Shown: positions 52,411-62,113 of the stretch, piece by piece | How the letters are laid out: each line of letters opens with the position of its first letter | Numbering within the stretch: the stretch's first letter is position 1 | Origin: Candidatus Poribacteria bacterium | Lineage (GTDB): Bacteria; Poribacteria; WGA-4E; WGA-3G | DNA: 64,000 nucleotides | Assembly: GCA_963665235.2 (NCBI GenBank) | Contig: CAXXLX010000001.1 | Span: 1-64,000 of the forward strand | Direction of reading: 5' to 3' | Position numbers and translations under genes: made by a program | The notes under the pieces: model-generated | What the model was told of the DNA's origin: nothing | Seen by the model: the letters and a program-made list of their open reading frames with translations, nothing else | The model's database searches: none

Positions 52411-52497
52411 TTTCTAATTCTCCTTTTGTGTCTATTTTTTAATCGGGCAGGCAGTCAAACCCGTGTTTTGAAATGTTTTTCTGCCTGTCCGAAGTTT

Positions 52498-52761
52498 TTA
52501 CTGAAAATAGGCCGCGTTAATTTCTATGAAGTGCGCCCATTTTTCCGGTACATCTTCGTCCATGAAGATAGCCTCGACGGGGCATTCCGGTTCACACACG
52601 CCGCAATCGATGCATGTTTCTGGGTCGATGAAAAGTTGGTTTACCGCTTCAAATTCATCCGATTCGTCGATTGGATGCGGCCGGATGGAATCACACGGAC
52701 AGATATCCACACACTCCTTATCCTTTACATCAACACACGGTTCACAGATTACATAAGTCAT
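52498..52761 (-). CDS. Dicluster ferredoxin, copy 2
   Basis: CEPC..CVDICP..CIDCGVCEPECP. Confidence 0.93.
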   Translation of the reverse strand: MTYVICEPCVDVKDKECVDICPCDSIRPHPIDESDEFEAVNQLFIDPETCIDCGVCEPECPVEAIFMDEDVPEKWAHFIEINAAYFQ

Positions 52762-52837
52762 GTGTTATTTCTCCTTTTGTGTCTATTTTTAATCGGGCAG
52801 GCAGTCGAACCAGGGTTTTTCTGCCGCTTCGGAGTTT

Positions 52838-53101
52838 TTACAGAAAATAGTCCGCGTTAATTTCTATGAAATGTTCCCATTCGTCGGGGACATCTTCTTC
52901 CATGAAAATAGCTTCGACAGGGCATGCCGGTTCACATATAGCACAATCGATGCATTCTTCGGGGTCAATATAGAGTTGATCGACCGTCTCAAATTCGTCG
53001 GGTGCATCGTCACGCATCGGGTGGATACATTCGACAGGACATATATCGGCACAAGCGTGGTCTTTTACGTCGATGCACGGTTCGCAGATTACATAAGTCA
53101 T
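52838..53101 (-). CDS. Dicluster ferredoxin, copy 1
   Basis: CEPC..CADICP..CIDCAICEPACP. Confidence 0.93.
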   Translation of the reverse strand: MTYVICEPCIDVKDHACADICPVECIHPMRDDAPDEFETVDQLYIDPEECIDCAICEPACPVEAIFMEEDVPDEWEHFIEINADYFL

Positions 53102-53138
53102 GTGTTAATTCTCCTTTGTGTTTGTTGTTTATCTGAAA

Positions 53139-53951
53139 TTACCAAGGCCGGGCACTACTCAACCGGGCATGTTTCCAATTAATTGCATTTGTCCAACCAG
53201 GTTTGACACCCTCTTTTGGTCCCATGCCATACGCACCGACACAATAATCGATGCCTGTCATGAACATTAAGCGAGATGCCAATTCCTTAGCTTCAGCTAC
53301 ATCTATCTCAATTCCGGGTTCTTTCTCTAGTTTAAAACCGTTGTGAATCAATCTCACCTGTAGCTCGTGCTTTTCTATCTGGGATTGCAAACGGTGCCCT
53401 ATCTCCTGTACCTTTGGAAAATGGACATCAGCAGTATCCGCCTTAGGCTGTAAGGTAAAACCTGCATGATGGACCTGAATGCCGTTCGCCGCATTTTCAA
53501 AACGGCCTTCAAGTGTCATCTGTTCCAGTAAATTTTCTAGTTCTATCATCTCATCAGTCCGGTAGTGCCGTGGCTTATTTGGGAAAATTACGACTGTAAA
53601 CCATAAGTGAAGGATACTGAAAGGGAGTTCTCGTTCTTTAATTAAGACGCGCAGCACCTCCTTAACTTCAGGAATACGGATTGAATCTGATGCAAGACGC
53701 TCTATTTCGTTATATATCGCAGATACGGGGCGCCCTCTGGCGAGGCACCAATGTCCACTGATGATATTCTGCTGAAATTTTTCAAAGATGCGAGCCCCTT
53801 TCCACCGCTTAATTATAAGCTCTGTGTGTGCCCTTGCTGCTGGGCCATCATTTTCAACAATCAATAGAGGCCCTTTGCCTATTGTGGAGATAGGCAGTGC
53901 AAATTCCTGAATCAAAGCGTTTAGTAATTCCTTAACCTCATTCGGGTTCAT
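53139..53951 (-). CDS. Hypothetical protein, paralog of 54072-54782
   Basis: MNPNEVKELL..LI...LP; repeated H.GF.L units; GGAG RBS. Confidence 0.7.
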   Translation of the reverse strand: MNPNEVKELLNALIQEFALPISTIGKGPLLIVENDGPAARAHTELIIKRWKGARIFEKFQQNIISGHWCLARGRPVSAIYNEIERLASDSIRIPEVKEVLRVLIKERELPFSILHLWFTVVIFPNKPRHYRTDEMIELENLLEQMTLEGRFENAANGIQVHHAGFTLQPKADTADVHFPKVQEIGHRLQSQIEKHELQVRLIHNGFKLEKEPGIEIDVAEAKELASRLMFMTGIDYCVGAYGMGPKEGVKPGWTNAINWKHARLSSARPW

Positions 53952-54071
53952 AATTGATTCTCCTTTTATCAAACCTATTTTCTGTGAGCTTAGCCATTTT
54001 GCTACAGCCCCCTTAGGAGCGGGCTGCTTGCCCGAACACTGGAGCAGGCCTACTAATTCATTCGGAGCAGT

Positions 54072-54782
54072 TTAACGTCGTGGAAACCGCCACAAAGAGA
54101 TGCAGATATTAGCACTTGTGCAATTTGTAGATTTGAATTTCTCCTCAGAACGCGGGGTGCTGTATGAATACAGCACGTAGTTGATACCGAGGGTATCATC
54201 AATCTGTTTTGCAATTCCGCGAATCTCTGAGAGCGGTATATTTGCTTCACTGTTTTTTTCTAATCCAAAACCTCGGTGGAACAATTTCGCCTTTGTGTTT
54301 TTCTCATGTAGCACCGTCTCAAAACGTTCGGCGACCGCTTCAAGCTGCGATGGTTGGACCTTAGCCCCCGCTCGTTTCTGTAACCGCAATCCCCCGTGAA
54401 GAATCTTTACAGGGTACCGCGTCGTGTCGTCCGCTGCGAACGTAATCAGTCGGAAACCGTGGTCGGTAAAACGGATTGGCAGCTTTTTTGACGTTATGAT
54501 AGATTCAAGGAGTGCTTCAACCGCTAGAGATTCCACCAACTCTTTTGCCGCTGAGTCAGAATCGGTTTTGGTATAAAATTCCATAATTTCTGCGCGTCCG
54601 GGCGGCCGTGTGTAGAATTTCCCATCTGTGTTCCATTGATGGATAACATCTTTGATGCGGCCCTCTGTGGTATAATCCGATGTCCCTGAATATTGAGAAG
54701 GGTCTATATCAATCAGATCCATCGGAAGCCCCTGCGCCGCAATTAAGGTTTTCAACAATTCCTTGACATCATTCGGTGTCAT
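54072..54782 (-). CDS. Hypothetical protein, paralog of 53139-53951
   Basis: MTPNDVKELL..LI...LP; HGFRL, HGGLRL, HRGFGL units. Confidence 0.7.
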   Translation of the reverse strand: MTPNDVKELLKTLIAAQGLPMDLIDIDPSQYSGTSDYTTEGRIKDVIHQWNTDGKFYTRPPGRAEIMEFYTKTDSDSAAKELVESLAVEALLESIITSKKLPIRFTDHGFRLITFAADDTTRYPVKILHGGLRLQKRAGAKVQPSQLEAVAERFETVLHEKNTKAKLFHRGFGLEKNSEANIPLSEIRGIAKQIDDTLGINYVLYSYSTPRSEEKFKSTNCTSANICISLWRFPRR

Positions 54783-54805
54783 GCGTGGTCTCCTTTTTTA
54801 ATAAA

Positions 54806-54837
54806 TTAAGAATGCAAATCGGCAGAAAAGGTTACAT
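54806..54837 (-). promoter_or_regulatory. Putative ECF sigma promoter, copy A
   Basis: ATGTAACCTTTTC-N4-GATTTGCATTCTTAA; 28/32 identical to 56849-56880. Confidence 0.65.
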
Positions 54838-54860
54838 CGAAAACGGTATTTTTTGCGAAA

Positions 54861-55451
54861 TTATTGGCGAGTGTTCGGAAATATATGGTCAAATTCGCCT
54901 GGATATTCTGCTTTCATCCATGCGATAATTTTTTTTCGCGCCCGATGCAACCGCACCTTTGTTGCTGACACCGCAATATTCAATGTCTCAGCAATCTCTT
55001 CCAGCGGCATATTCGGATTGTTAAGTTTCAACGCAAACGCTGCCCGTTCTGATTGTGGTAGCCGCCGTACCAAACTGTGAACGATTTCCAGCTGTTCTTT
55101 AGCAATGATACGATGTATAGGCGAGCGATGCTCCAGGTCTACCAAATGCGCCTCCAGCGGACCGGTTTCAACGTTTCTCTGCGTTTCGCGGAAGTGCGCC
55201 GCAACCAGCTGATACGCAATGCTAAACAGCCAACTGGAAAAACTTTCCGGTTTCCGAAGGGTTGCGAGATGTTGATGCACCTTGATAAACGTCTCTTGCA
55301 CCAAGTCTTGTGCGGTTTCCCAATTCCCGACACGCCTATAGAAAAAACTGAGGAGGGGCCCTTCGTAACGATGGTAGAGAATTTCGAACGCCTCATCATC
55401 CGCATCGTCTAAATTTTGATGCACCAATTCCTCGTCGCGCATCTCATCCAT
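54861..55451 (-). CDS. ECF RNA polymerase sigma factor
   Basis: AFEILY.RY, AQDLVQETF, FSSWLFSIA, LEEIAETL, KVRLHRARK. Confidence 0.92.
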   Translation of the reverse strand: MDEMRDEELVHQNLDDADDEAFEILYHRYEGPLLSFFYRRVGNWETAQDLVQETFIKVHQHLATLRKPESFSSWLFSIAYQLVAAHFRETQRNVETGPLEAHLVDLEHRSPIHRIIAKEQLEIVHSLVRRLPQSERAAFALKLNNPNMPLEEIAETLNIAVSATKVRLHRARKKIIAWMKAEYPGEFDHIFPNTRQ

Positions 55452-55474
55452 TGTTACCCCCCCCTCTAAATTGC

Positions 55475-56791
55475 TTACGCCTTTTTACCTGCAATCTCTG
55501 CCGCGACGAGTTCGCCTAAGTGGCTGCCTCTCGCCTTAACCGAGATAACTGTGCCATTTCGAGCGATTAGGAACGGTGCGGGAATTCCGCGCACGCCGTA
55601 CTGCTTTGCGAATTCGCCACGGAAGCCGCCCGTGTCCAAAATATGTCGCCACGGTAGTGCTCTCTCCGTGATGAACTCACGCAACGTCGTCTCGTCCTTG
55701 TCAAAACTCACACCGATAACGTCAAAACCTTTGTCGTGATATTTATCGTAGACCGCCTTAACGTTGGAAATCTCTCCGAGGCACGGTCCGCACCACACCG
55801 CCCAGAAATCGAGGAGCACAACTTTTCCGCGGTAGTCGGACAACGAAATTGGATTACCCTCAAGGTCCACGGTTGACGATGCGAAGTCTGGCAACACCTG
55901 CTCCTCCCATGCCAAAGTAGGGTCTGCTTTGACCTTATATTTTCGGGCAAGTTGGGCATTGCCTAACTTCTCGTGGACATTCGCTAAACCGCTTATCGCG
56001 TTGTAGTCGTCTTCATCCTGTTCGAGCTGTTTTTCAAAAACGGTTTGTGTTTTCTTCAAAACCTGTTGCGCTGCGTCAGTATTTCCGAGGGCTTCCTGAA
56101 TTTCGGTTAGCATGCGGACAGTATGCCAATGGTCCGGCGTTCGTTTTCGCTGTTCTTCAAAAACGGTCTCAATTTTACCGAGCACTGCTGTCCACCTTTC
56201 CGCGAGGGAGTCGTTACTATCAAGCTCCTTGTAAAAATCGGTAGGTCTCGAAGTGACGTGCAGGTAGTCGTAACACCCCCGAAAGAGCCATTGGTACAGG
56301 GTCGGTTTTTCACCTGCGCGGTGCCGTTCAAATAGTTTTTCAAGCGCGCTAACTCCTTCGTCAAGAAGAACATCAAGACCAGCGTTTTCAAACGCTAAAT
56401 AGCAAATATCCACCTCGTTTGGTAGCAATTCTGCGGTTTTCTCATAGAGCGTCCAGAATTCATCAGGTGGCAGGTCGTAAGATATTCCCGCTGTCACGAT
56501 TGTCAAAAATTTTGCGGCGGCACCATTATCGGGGTCGGTTTTCAGCGTCCGTTCCGCGTGTACCGTCAACTTTTGACGCATTTCATCAGGAAAACGCCAG
56601 ACGTACTCATTCCATATTAAATCGGATGGAAGAGCCGTTTTTCCATCAACAACCCCCGCATCAATTTTGGTTTTGAAGTAGTCGACTAACGTCTCCTGAA
56701 CGTCCGGTGCAACCTCCCAACTGCTTGAGAGGCCACGGTTTTCAAGTGTATTGAGAAAGGCATCCCAGACATCTACACTGTTTTCTTTCAC
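55475..56791 (-). CDS. TPR-like + TlpA thiol-disulfide oxidoreductase
   Basis: LSDYRGKVVLLDFWAVWCGPC, YGVRGIP. Confidence 0.88.
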   Translation of the reverse strand: MKENSVDVWDAFLNTLENRGLSSSWEVAPDVQETLVDYFKTKIDAGVVDGKTALPSDLIWNEYVWRFPDEMRQKLTVHAERTLKTDPDNGAAAKFLTIVTAGISYDLPPDEFWTLYEKTAELLPNEVDICYLAFENAGLDVLLDEGVSALEKLFERHRAGEKPTLYQWLFRGCYDYLHVTSRPTDFYKELDSNDSLAERWTAVLGKIETVFEEQRKRTPDHWHTVRMLTEIQEALGNTDAAQQVLKKTQTVFEKQLEQDEDDYNAISGLANVHEKLGNAQLARKYKVKADPTLAWEEQVLPDFASSTVDLEGNPISLSDYRGKVVLLDFWAVWCGPCLGEISNVKAVYDKYHDKGFDVIGVSFDKDETTLREFITERALPWRHILDTGGFRGEFAKQYGVRGIPAPFLIARNGTVISVKARGSHLGELVAAEIAGKKA

Positions 56792-56848
56792 GGTTTTACC
56801 TCCATGTTTTGTTTTTTCGAGTTTGTCAAATCTGAACTTTATCGTAGG

Positions 56849-56880
56849 TTAAGAATGCAAATCCATCGAAAAGGTTACAT
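56849..56880 (-). promoter_or_regulatory. Putative ECF sigma promoter, copy B
   Basis: Same motif as 54806-54837, upstream of the tlpA-sigma pair. Confidence 0.65.
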
Positions 56881-57223
56881 AAAAATTGGCGATTGGCTCA
56901 CTGGCGATTAGCAATTGGCAATTAGCAATTAGCAAAGAGGTTTATGATTCTAATACACGCTTTGACGCACATCACAACTCTCTTTCTCTTGCTAACGGTT
57001 TCCATAAGTGATAAGTCAACATTCTATAAACATATCGTCCTTAAGGAGCGGGAAACCGTTAGCCCGAATACTGACACGACGGGCGATGAATCGCCCTACT
57101 ACAAACGCCCCTCCGTTAACTTGTACGAAAACTTTACACCCCCCTATCATTCCCACCAAAATTGACACCGTCTCAATTTTGTGATATGCTGTGGATAGAA
57201 TACAACTCTTAAGAGGAAAAGAA

Positions 57224-58126
57224 ATGAATCCACAATTGCCTGATGCACGAAACGAAAACATTTTAATCCATGTCGGGGGGGAGCTGCTCCCGCGCGAAGA
57301 TGCGAAAATTTCGGTATTTGATAGCCTTGTCCAAGGCGGAGACGGCGTATGGGAGGGGTTACGCGTCTATAAAGGTAAAATTTTTGCACTGGACGCACAC
57401 CTGGACCGCCTAATAGACTCGGCACACGCGATGGCGTTCGCAGGAATTCCCCCCAGAGACGAAATCAAAACCGCTATCTTTGAGACGCTCCACGCCAACG
57501 GTATGCGCGACGAAGTTCATATCCGTTTGACGCTCAGCCGGGGCAAAAAGGTGACATCCAGCATGAACCCGGAGGTGAATCAGTACGGCACCTGCCTCAT
57601 CGTTTTGGCGGAGTGGAAACCCCCGATTTATGCCAGCACCGGCGTTCGGTTGGTCACTTCAGCGATACGACGGAATACGGCGCAGTGCGTTGATTCCAAA
57701 ATCCACCATAACAATTTGATTAACAACATCCTCGCTAAAATAGAGGCGAACGTCGCGGGAGTAGACGATGCAATAATGCTCGATATCTTCGGCTTTGTCT
57801 CCGAGACGAACGCGACGAATATCTTTTTAGTGAAACGGGGACACGTGCTCACACCGCACGCGGATAGTTGTCTACCGGGGATTACCCGAGGCAATGTCAT
57901 CCGACTCGCTCGCGAAGCACAAATACCGATTACAGAACGAAACGTCTCACTAACGGAGGTCTACGCCGCTGATGAGATGTTCACGACCGGCACCGTCGGG
58001 GAGTTAAGCCCTGTATTAGAGGTAGATGGCAGACAAATCGGCACGGGGAGCCCAGGCCCAATGACAGGCCGTTTGCAAACCCTCTATGCCGAATTGACAG
58101 CCCGTGAAGGCGAACCGCTACCTTAG
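57224..58126 (+). CDS. Class IV PLP aminotransferase (IlvE/D-alanine aminotransferase-like)
   Basis: GDGVWEGLR, HLDRL, K.HHNN, ETNATNIF, LPGITR, ADEMFTTGT. Confidence 0.9.
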   Translation: MNPQLPDARNENILIHVGGELLPREDAKISVFDSLVQGGDGVWEGLRVYKGKIFALDAHLDRLIDSAHAMAFAGIPPRDEIKTAIFETLHANGMRDEVHIRLTLSRGKKVTSSMNPEVNQYGTCLIVLAEWKPPIYASTGVRLVTSAIRRNTAQCVDSKIHHNNLINNILAKIEANVAGVDDAIMLDIFGFVSETNATNIFLVKRGHVLTPHADSCLPGITRGNVIRLAREAQIPITERNVSLTEVYAADEMFTTGTVGELSPVLEVDGRQIGTGSPGPMTGRLQTLYAELTAREGEPLP

Positions 58127-58134
58127 AAACGCGT

Positions 58135-59229
58135 CTACAAGAGAGACACTGCATCTATAAGCACGGCTTCCCCATCGGTGATGACCAATTCAACCGCTAA
58201 AACAGCTATCGGCAGGTGTGTGGCGTAAGGAATTAACTTCTGTTCGTCCTTCTGGGTTGTGATAATCCACTCGGCATTGCCCTGTTTCATACAACGTTCA
58301 ATCTGCTGTAAATCGGATTCGGTGTAGACGTGGTGGTCAGGAAAAGCGAGCAATTCTACCGCCTGTGGACAGTACTGCGCGAGCGTTGCGGCGAAGGCTT
58401 CAGGGTTACCAATTCCACACACAGCGAGGAGCCGTTTCCCTGCTAACGCATTTATCGGAAACGGGGTATTTTCTAGATTATCGCCTAACCAATAGAGGTT
58501 TGTCGGTCGATGGACGCTCTCCAAGATAGGGAGATGCGGTGCCAAGCGGTTCAGCTCCGTTTTCAGGTGTTGCGTTTGCACCCCAATCCCATCCGTTCTC
58601 GTCAATAAGATGATGTCCGCACGTTTAACCGCAGTAGGGGGTTCGCGCAAAGTGCCCCTGGGCAGGAGCTTACCAGTCCCATAAGGTTGCGTCGCATCGA
58701 TAGTGAGGATATCAATATCTCGTCCGAGTTGACGGTGTTGAAATCCATCATCTAGGATTAAAATATCGCTTTTAAAGCGGTCGAGGGCAGTTTTACCCGC
58801 TAGATAACGTTGTTTTCCAACGATGATAGGCGTTTTCGGAAGTTGCCGCGCGAGCATATCCGCTTCATCACCGCTCTCCTCTCTGGAGCAGAGGCGGTTT
58901 TCACCATCCGAGACAACCGTCACCGCTTCACTAGAGCGTCGCCGATAGCCGCGAAGGAGAACTGACACCTGAAACCCTGATTGCTGGAGCAGTGTAGCAA
59001 GCGCAGCAACGGCTGGCGTTTTCCCTGTGCCCCCCGCAACGATATTACCCACACTGATGACGATACACGGCAGCTGTTTCTGTTTGAATATCCCCTTTGT
59101 GAAGCAGTAATTCCGTATCCGAACAGCGGAGCCGTAAAACCAACAAAATGGGACAAGTAGGAAATATAGAAACGTTCCGAAAACACCGCGCTGTTTGCTG
59201 GTGATGAAGGTGTAGAGCGCACGTTTCAT
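58135..59229 (-). CDS. lpxK: Tetraacyldisaccharide 4'-kinase
   Basis: VISVGNIVAGGTGKTP, GDEA, LDDGFQH, LLPRGTLRE, FPDHH; ATGA overlap with lpxB. Confidence 0.93.
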   Translation of the reverse strand: MKRALYTFITSKQRGVFGTFLYFLLVPFCWFYGSAVRIRNYCFTKGIFKQKQLPCIVISVGNIVAGGTGKTPAVAALATLLQQSGFQVSVLLRGYRRRSSEAVTVVSDGENRLCSREESGDEADMLARQLPKTPIIVGKQRYLAGKTALDRFKSDILILDDGFQHRQLGRDIDILTIDATQPYGTGKLLPRGTLREPPTAVKRADIILLTRTDGIGVQTQHLKTELNRLAPHLPILESVHRPTNLYWLGDNLENTPFPINALAGKRLLAVCGIGNPEAFAATLAQYCPQAVELLAFPDHHVYTESDLQQIERCMKQGNAEWIITTQKDEQKLIPYATHLPIAVLAVELVITDGEAVLIDAVSLL

Positions 59230-60398
59230 TGATTCAAAGGGGTCGCAATCTGTGTCAGCAGTAGTTGTGCAGTTCGGTCCGCCGCCCCCGCCTCTCCTAA
59301 TTGTTGATGAACAGCGCAAAGCGCATCACGTTGTGCCTCGCATGCATCGGGGTTGCGGAGCAGGTTTAAGGTTAGTTCGGTAAGCCTATCAGGGGTCAGG
59401 TCCGTCTGTAACAGTTCCGGGACAATCGTCTTTCCTGCAATAAGGTTCGGCAGCCCGCTATGTTCAAGGGGAGTTAGTGCCCTAATGGCACGCCAATTGA
59501 ACCACGAGGTACAATAGAGGATAATCATCGGGGTACCGATACAGGCGGCCTCAAGCGTTGCCGTTCCGGAGGTAATGAGCATCAACGTTGCCGCACGCAT
59601 TGCCGTATAGGTTGCGTCGTGCAAAATCTTTATAGGCGGAACACCTGCAATTCTACTATAGCAGTCGGTTATCTGTTCTTCTGATAAGCCTGGTGCAAGC
59701 GGGAGAATCCATTCTGCATCTCCATGTACTTTCGCAACGTTCGCCGCTGCCTGTAGCATAATTGGAAGGAGCCGTTGCACTTCAGACCGGCGGCTGCCGG
59801 GCATCAGTCCGATAACGGGAGAGCCGTTTTTCAGACCGAGTGTTTCGCGTGCTTGTGTAACCGTGAGGTCGGTCTGTGCGAAGTCTACCAACGGATGCCC
59901 GACAAATTCAACACGCGCGCCCGCATTTCGGTAAAATTCTGCTTCAAAGGGAAAGATGGCAGCAACGACGTTCACCCGTTTCGCAAGTTTTTTTGCTCTG
60001 CCTGCACGCCATGCCCAAGCCTTCGGCGGAATGTAATAGACCACCGGAATACCTTCACGTTGTGCGAACTTCGCTAAAGGCATGTTAAATTCGGCAAAAT
60101 CGACCAATAGCAGGGCATCAGGCCGTTGCTGTCGGAGCCGTTTTTTTAACGCCGCCTGTTTCTTGAGGAACATCGGAAGGACAGACAATACCTCGGTTAT
60201 CCCCATGATGGCAGAGTCTCGGATGTGAATATCAAGCGATACCCCCGCTTTTTCCATCATGTCCCCGCCCATGCCGATGAGCGATATGTCTGGGCATCTC
60301 GCCTTGAGTGCCGTTGCAACATGAGAAGCGTGCAAGTCCCCAGAAGGTTCACCCGCGACAATCATGAGTTCCATCGGTAATTGGTTTCCATTTGCCAT
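59226..60398 (-). CDS. lpxB: Lipid-A-disaccharide synthase
   Basis: AGEPSGDLH, WAWR, IFPFE, VGHPL, PGSR.SE, SGTATLE, LPNLIAG. Confidence 0.95.
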   Translation of the reverse strand: MANGNQLPMELMIVAGEPSGDLHASHVATALKARCPDISLIGMGGDMMEKAGVSLDIHIRDSAIMGITEVLSVLPMFLKKQAALKKRLRQQRPDALLLVDFAEFNMPLAKFAQREGIPVVYYIPPKAWAWRAGRAKKLAKRVNVVAAIFPFEAEFYRNAGARVEFVGHPLVDFAQTDLTVTQARETLGLKNGSPVIGLMPGSRRSEVQRLLPIMLQAAANVAKVHGDAEWILPLAPGLSEEQITDCYSRIAGVPPIKILHDATYTAMRAATLMLITSGTATLEAACIGTPMIILYCTSWFNWRAIRALTPLEHSGLPNLIAGKTIVPELLQTDLTPDRLTELTLNLLRNPDACEAQRDALCAVHQQLGEAGAADRTAQLLLTQIATPLNQ

Positions 60399-60399
60399 T

Positions 60400-61446
60400 C
60401 TACGGCAGAAGGCCCGGTGATTTCAAACCGTCTGTTTCGTTACAACCGCACATAAGGTTGAGGTTTTGCACAGCAGCCCCCGCTGCACCTTTCCCAAGGT
60501 TATCCAATGCTGCCATTGCAACGACGCGCTGTGTGCGTTTATCAACTTCCAGCCCAACATCACAGTAGTTGCTGCCGAGAACTGCCTTCGTTTGCGGGTA
60601 TTCATCTTTGTCAAGAACGCGGATAAACGGTTCATTTTGGTAAAAAGTGGCATATATTTCAAGTAGGGCATCGGTAGCAAGCGGTTGCTTTAAACGGGCA
60701 TAGACGGTACTCAGGATACCCCGTGTCATCGGAACCAGATGCGGCGTGAAGGTTACAGAAACCGTTTCGCCAGCGACAGCACTTAACTCCTGCTCAATTT
60801 CAGGCGTATGTCGGTGTTTTCCGATGTTATAAGCGACAAGGTTGGATTCCCTATTCGGATAATGGGTGGTATCCTTCGGTTTTGGACCTGCTCCAGAAAT
60901 GCCCGATTTTGAATCGATGATGATAGATTCCAAGTCAATCAACTTATTGTTAAGCAGCGGCATGGTGGCGAGGATAGCACTCGTCGGATAACACCCCGGA
61001 TTTGCCACTATTCGCGCCTCTCGAATCTTCTCGCGATAACGTTCCGGCAAACCGTAAACAGCATTCTGAATAAGCGTGGGACTGGTATGTTCAACGTGAT
61101 ACCACTCACTATAGGTCTCCGCATCATAGAGCCGGTAATCCGCGCTGAAATCTACAACCCGCAAACCTTGTGCAACAATTTGCGGTGCATATTCCATCGC
61201 AACTTTATGCGGTACAGCGAGTACGACAACATCCACCCGTTTTTTAAGTGAATCTATGTCTAACGGTTCAAACGTAAGGTCTGCTATAAACCCTCGAAGG
61301 TGCGGCAACACGCGGTCAACGCGCTGACCGGCGTACGTTTCCGATGTAACGAGTTCTATGTGCAGTCCGCCAGGGTGGGTCACCAAAAACCGTACCAATT
61401 CGCTCCCGCTATACCCTGACGCGCCAACAATTCCTAACTTTGTCAT
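60400..61446 (-). CDS. argC: N-acetyl-gamma-glutamyl-phosphate reductase
   Basis: GASGYSG, DFSADYR, ANPGCYPT, SGISGAG, HRHTPEI, DNLGKGAAG. Confidence 0.96.
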   Translation of the reverse strand: MTKLGIVGASGYSGSELVRFLVTHPGGLHIELVTSETYAGQRVDRVLPHLRGFIADLTFEPLDIDSLKKRVDVVVLAVPHKVAMEYAPQIVAQGLRVVDFSADYRLYDAETYSEWYHVEHTSPTLIQNAVYGLPERYREKIREARIVANPGCYPTSAILATMPLLNNKLIDLESIIIDSKSGISGAGPKPKDTTHYPNRESNLVAYNIGKHRHTPEIEQELSAVAGETVSVTFTPHLVPMTRGILSTVYARLKQPLATDALLEIYATFYQNEPFIRVLDKDEYPQTKAVLGSNYCDVGLEVDKRTQRVVAMAALDNLGKGAAGAAVQNLNLMCGCNETDGLKSPGLLP

Positions 61447-61510
61447 GGTTTTTTACCTTGTAGGTCGGGTTGAACGAAGAGAAACCCGACACCTCCTTAT
61501 TAGAATACGT

Positions 61511-61655
61511 TCAGGACTTACGCAAATTTAGAACATAAGCTCAGTATTCGGGCAAACGGTTTCCCGCTCCTCTAGGGCTGGGTCCCCCAGCCCGCTAAGG
61601 CAGCCTCTAAATCCCATTATCTATGGACTTTAGCAACGTGCTGCGTAAGTCCTGA
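61511..61655. mobile_element. MITE-like element with TCAGGACTTACGCA terminal inverted repeats
   Basis: TCAGGACTTACGCA...TGCGTAAGTCCTGA. Confidence 0.65.
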
Positions 61656-62113
61656 CGTTCTAACTATGTATTTTAGCATAGGGTGGAGGGAATGTCAAGG
61701 TTAATGTTATCGAGGGGCAGGGCCATTTAGTTTTACAGATTCACTTTATAGATGTGTATATGTTCCTCTGTAGGAGCGGGCTTCGCACGCGACACATTAG
61801 ACGTTATAATGATTTAATCAGAGTGCGCCTATGAGCCTCGTAGGGGCGAGGTCCCCTCGCCCTATAAACACGGTTTCAAATCGGGCGAAACCCCGCCCCT
61901 ACGCACCGCACCGGCTAACGAAACAGCGGACTACAATTAAACCAGCATAATGTCTATTATATCACATACCGACACATACAAATCCCAGTATTCGGACAAG
62001 CCGCCTGTTCCTTCCTATCGCGAGCACAGCTTGCTCCTACATAAGAGGTTTGTTGAGCAACCGGCGAAAAATATCGAAAACTAAATAGCCCTGTATCGAG
62101 GGGCAGGACTATA

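Noticed and set aside
52054-53182. Plus-strand ORFs of 268 and 103 aa
   Set aside because: Antisense to the ferredoxin triplet.
56885-56935. Heptamer repeats (GCAATTA/GCGATTG-like)
   Set aside because: Short degenerate tract with no associated gene; no function can be supported.
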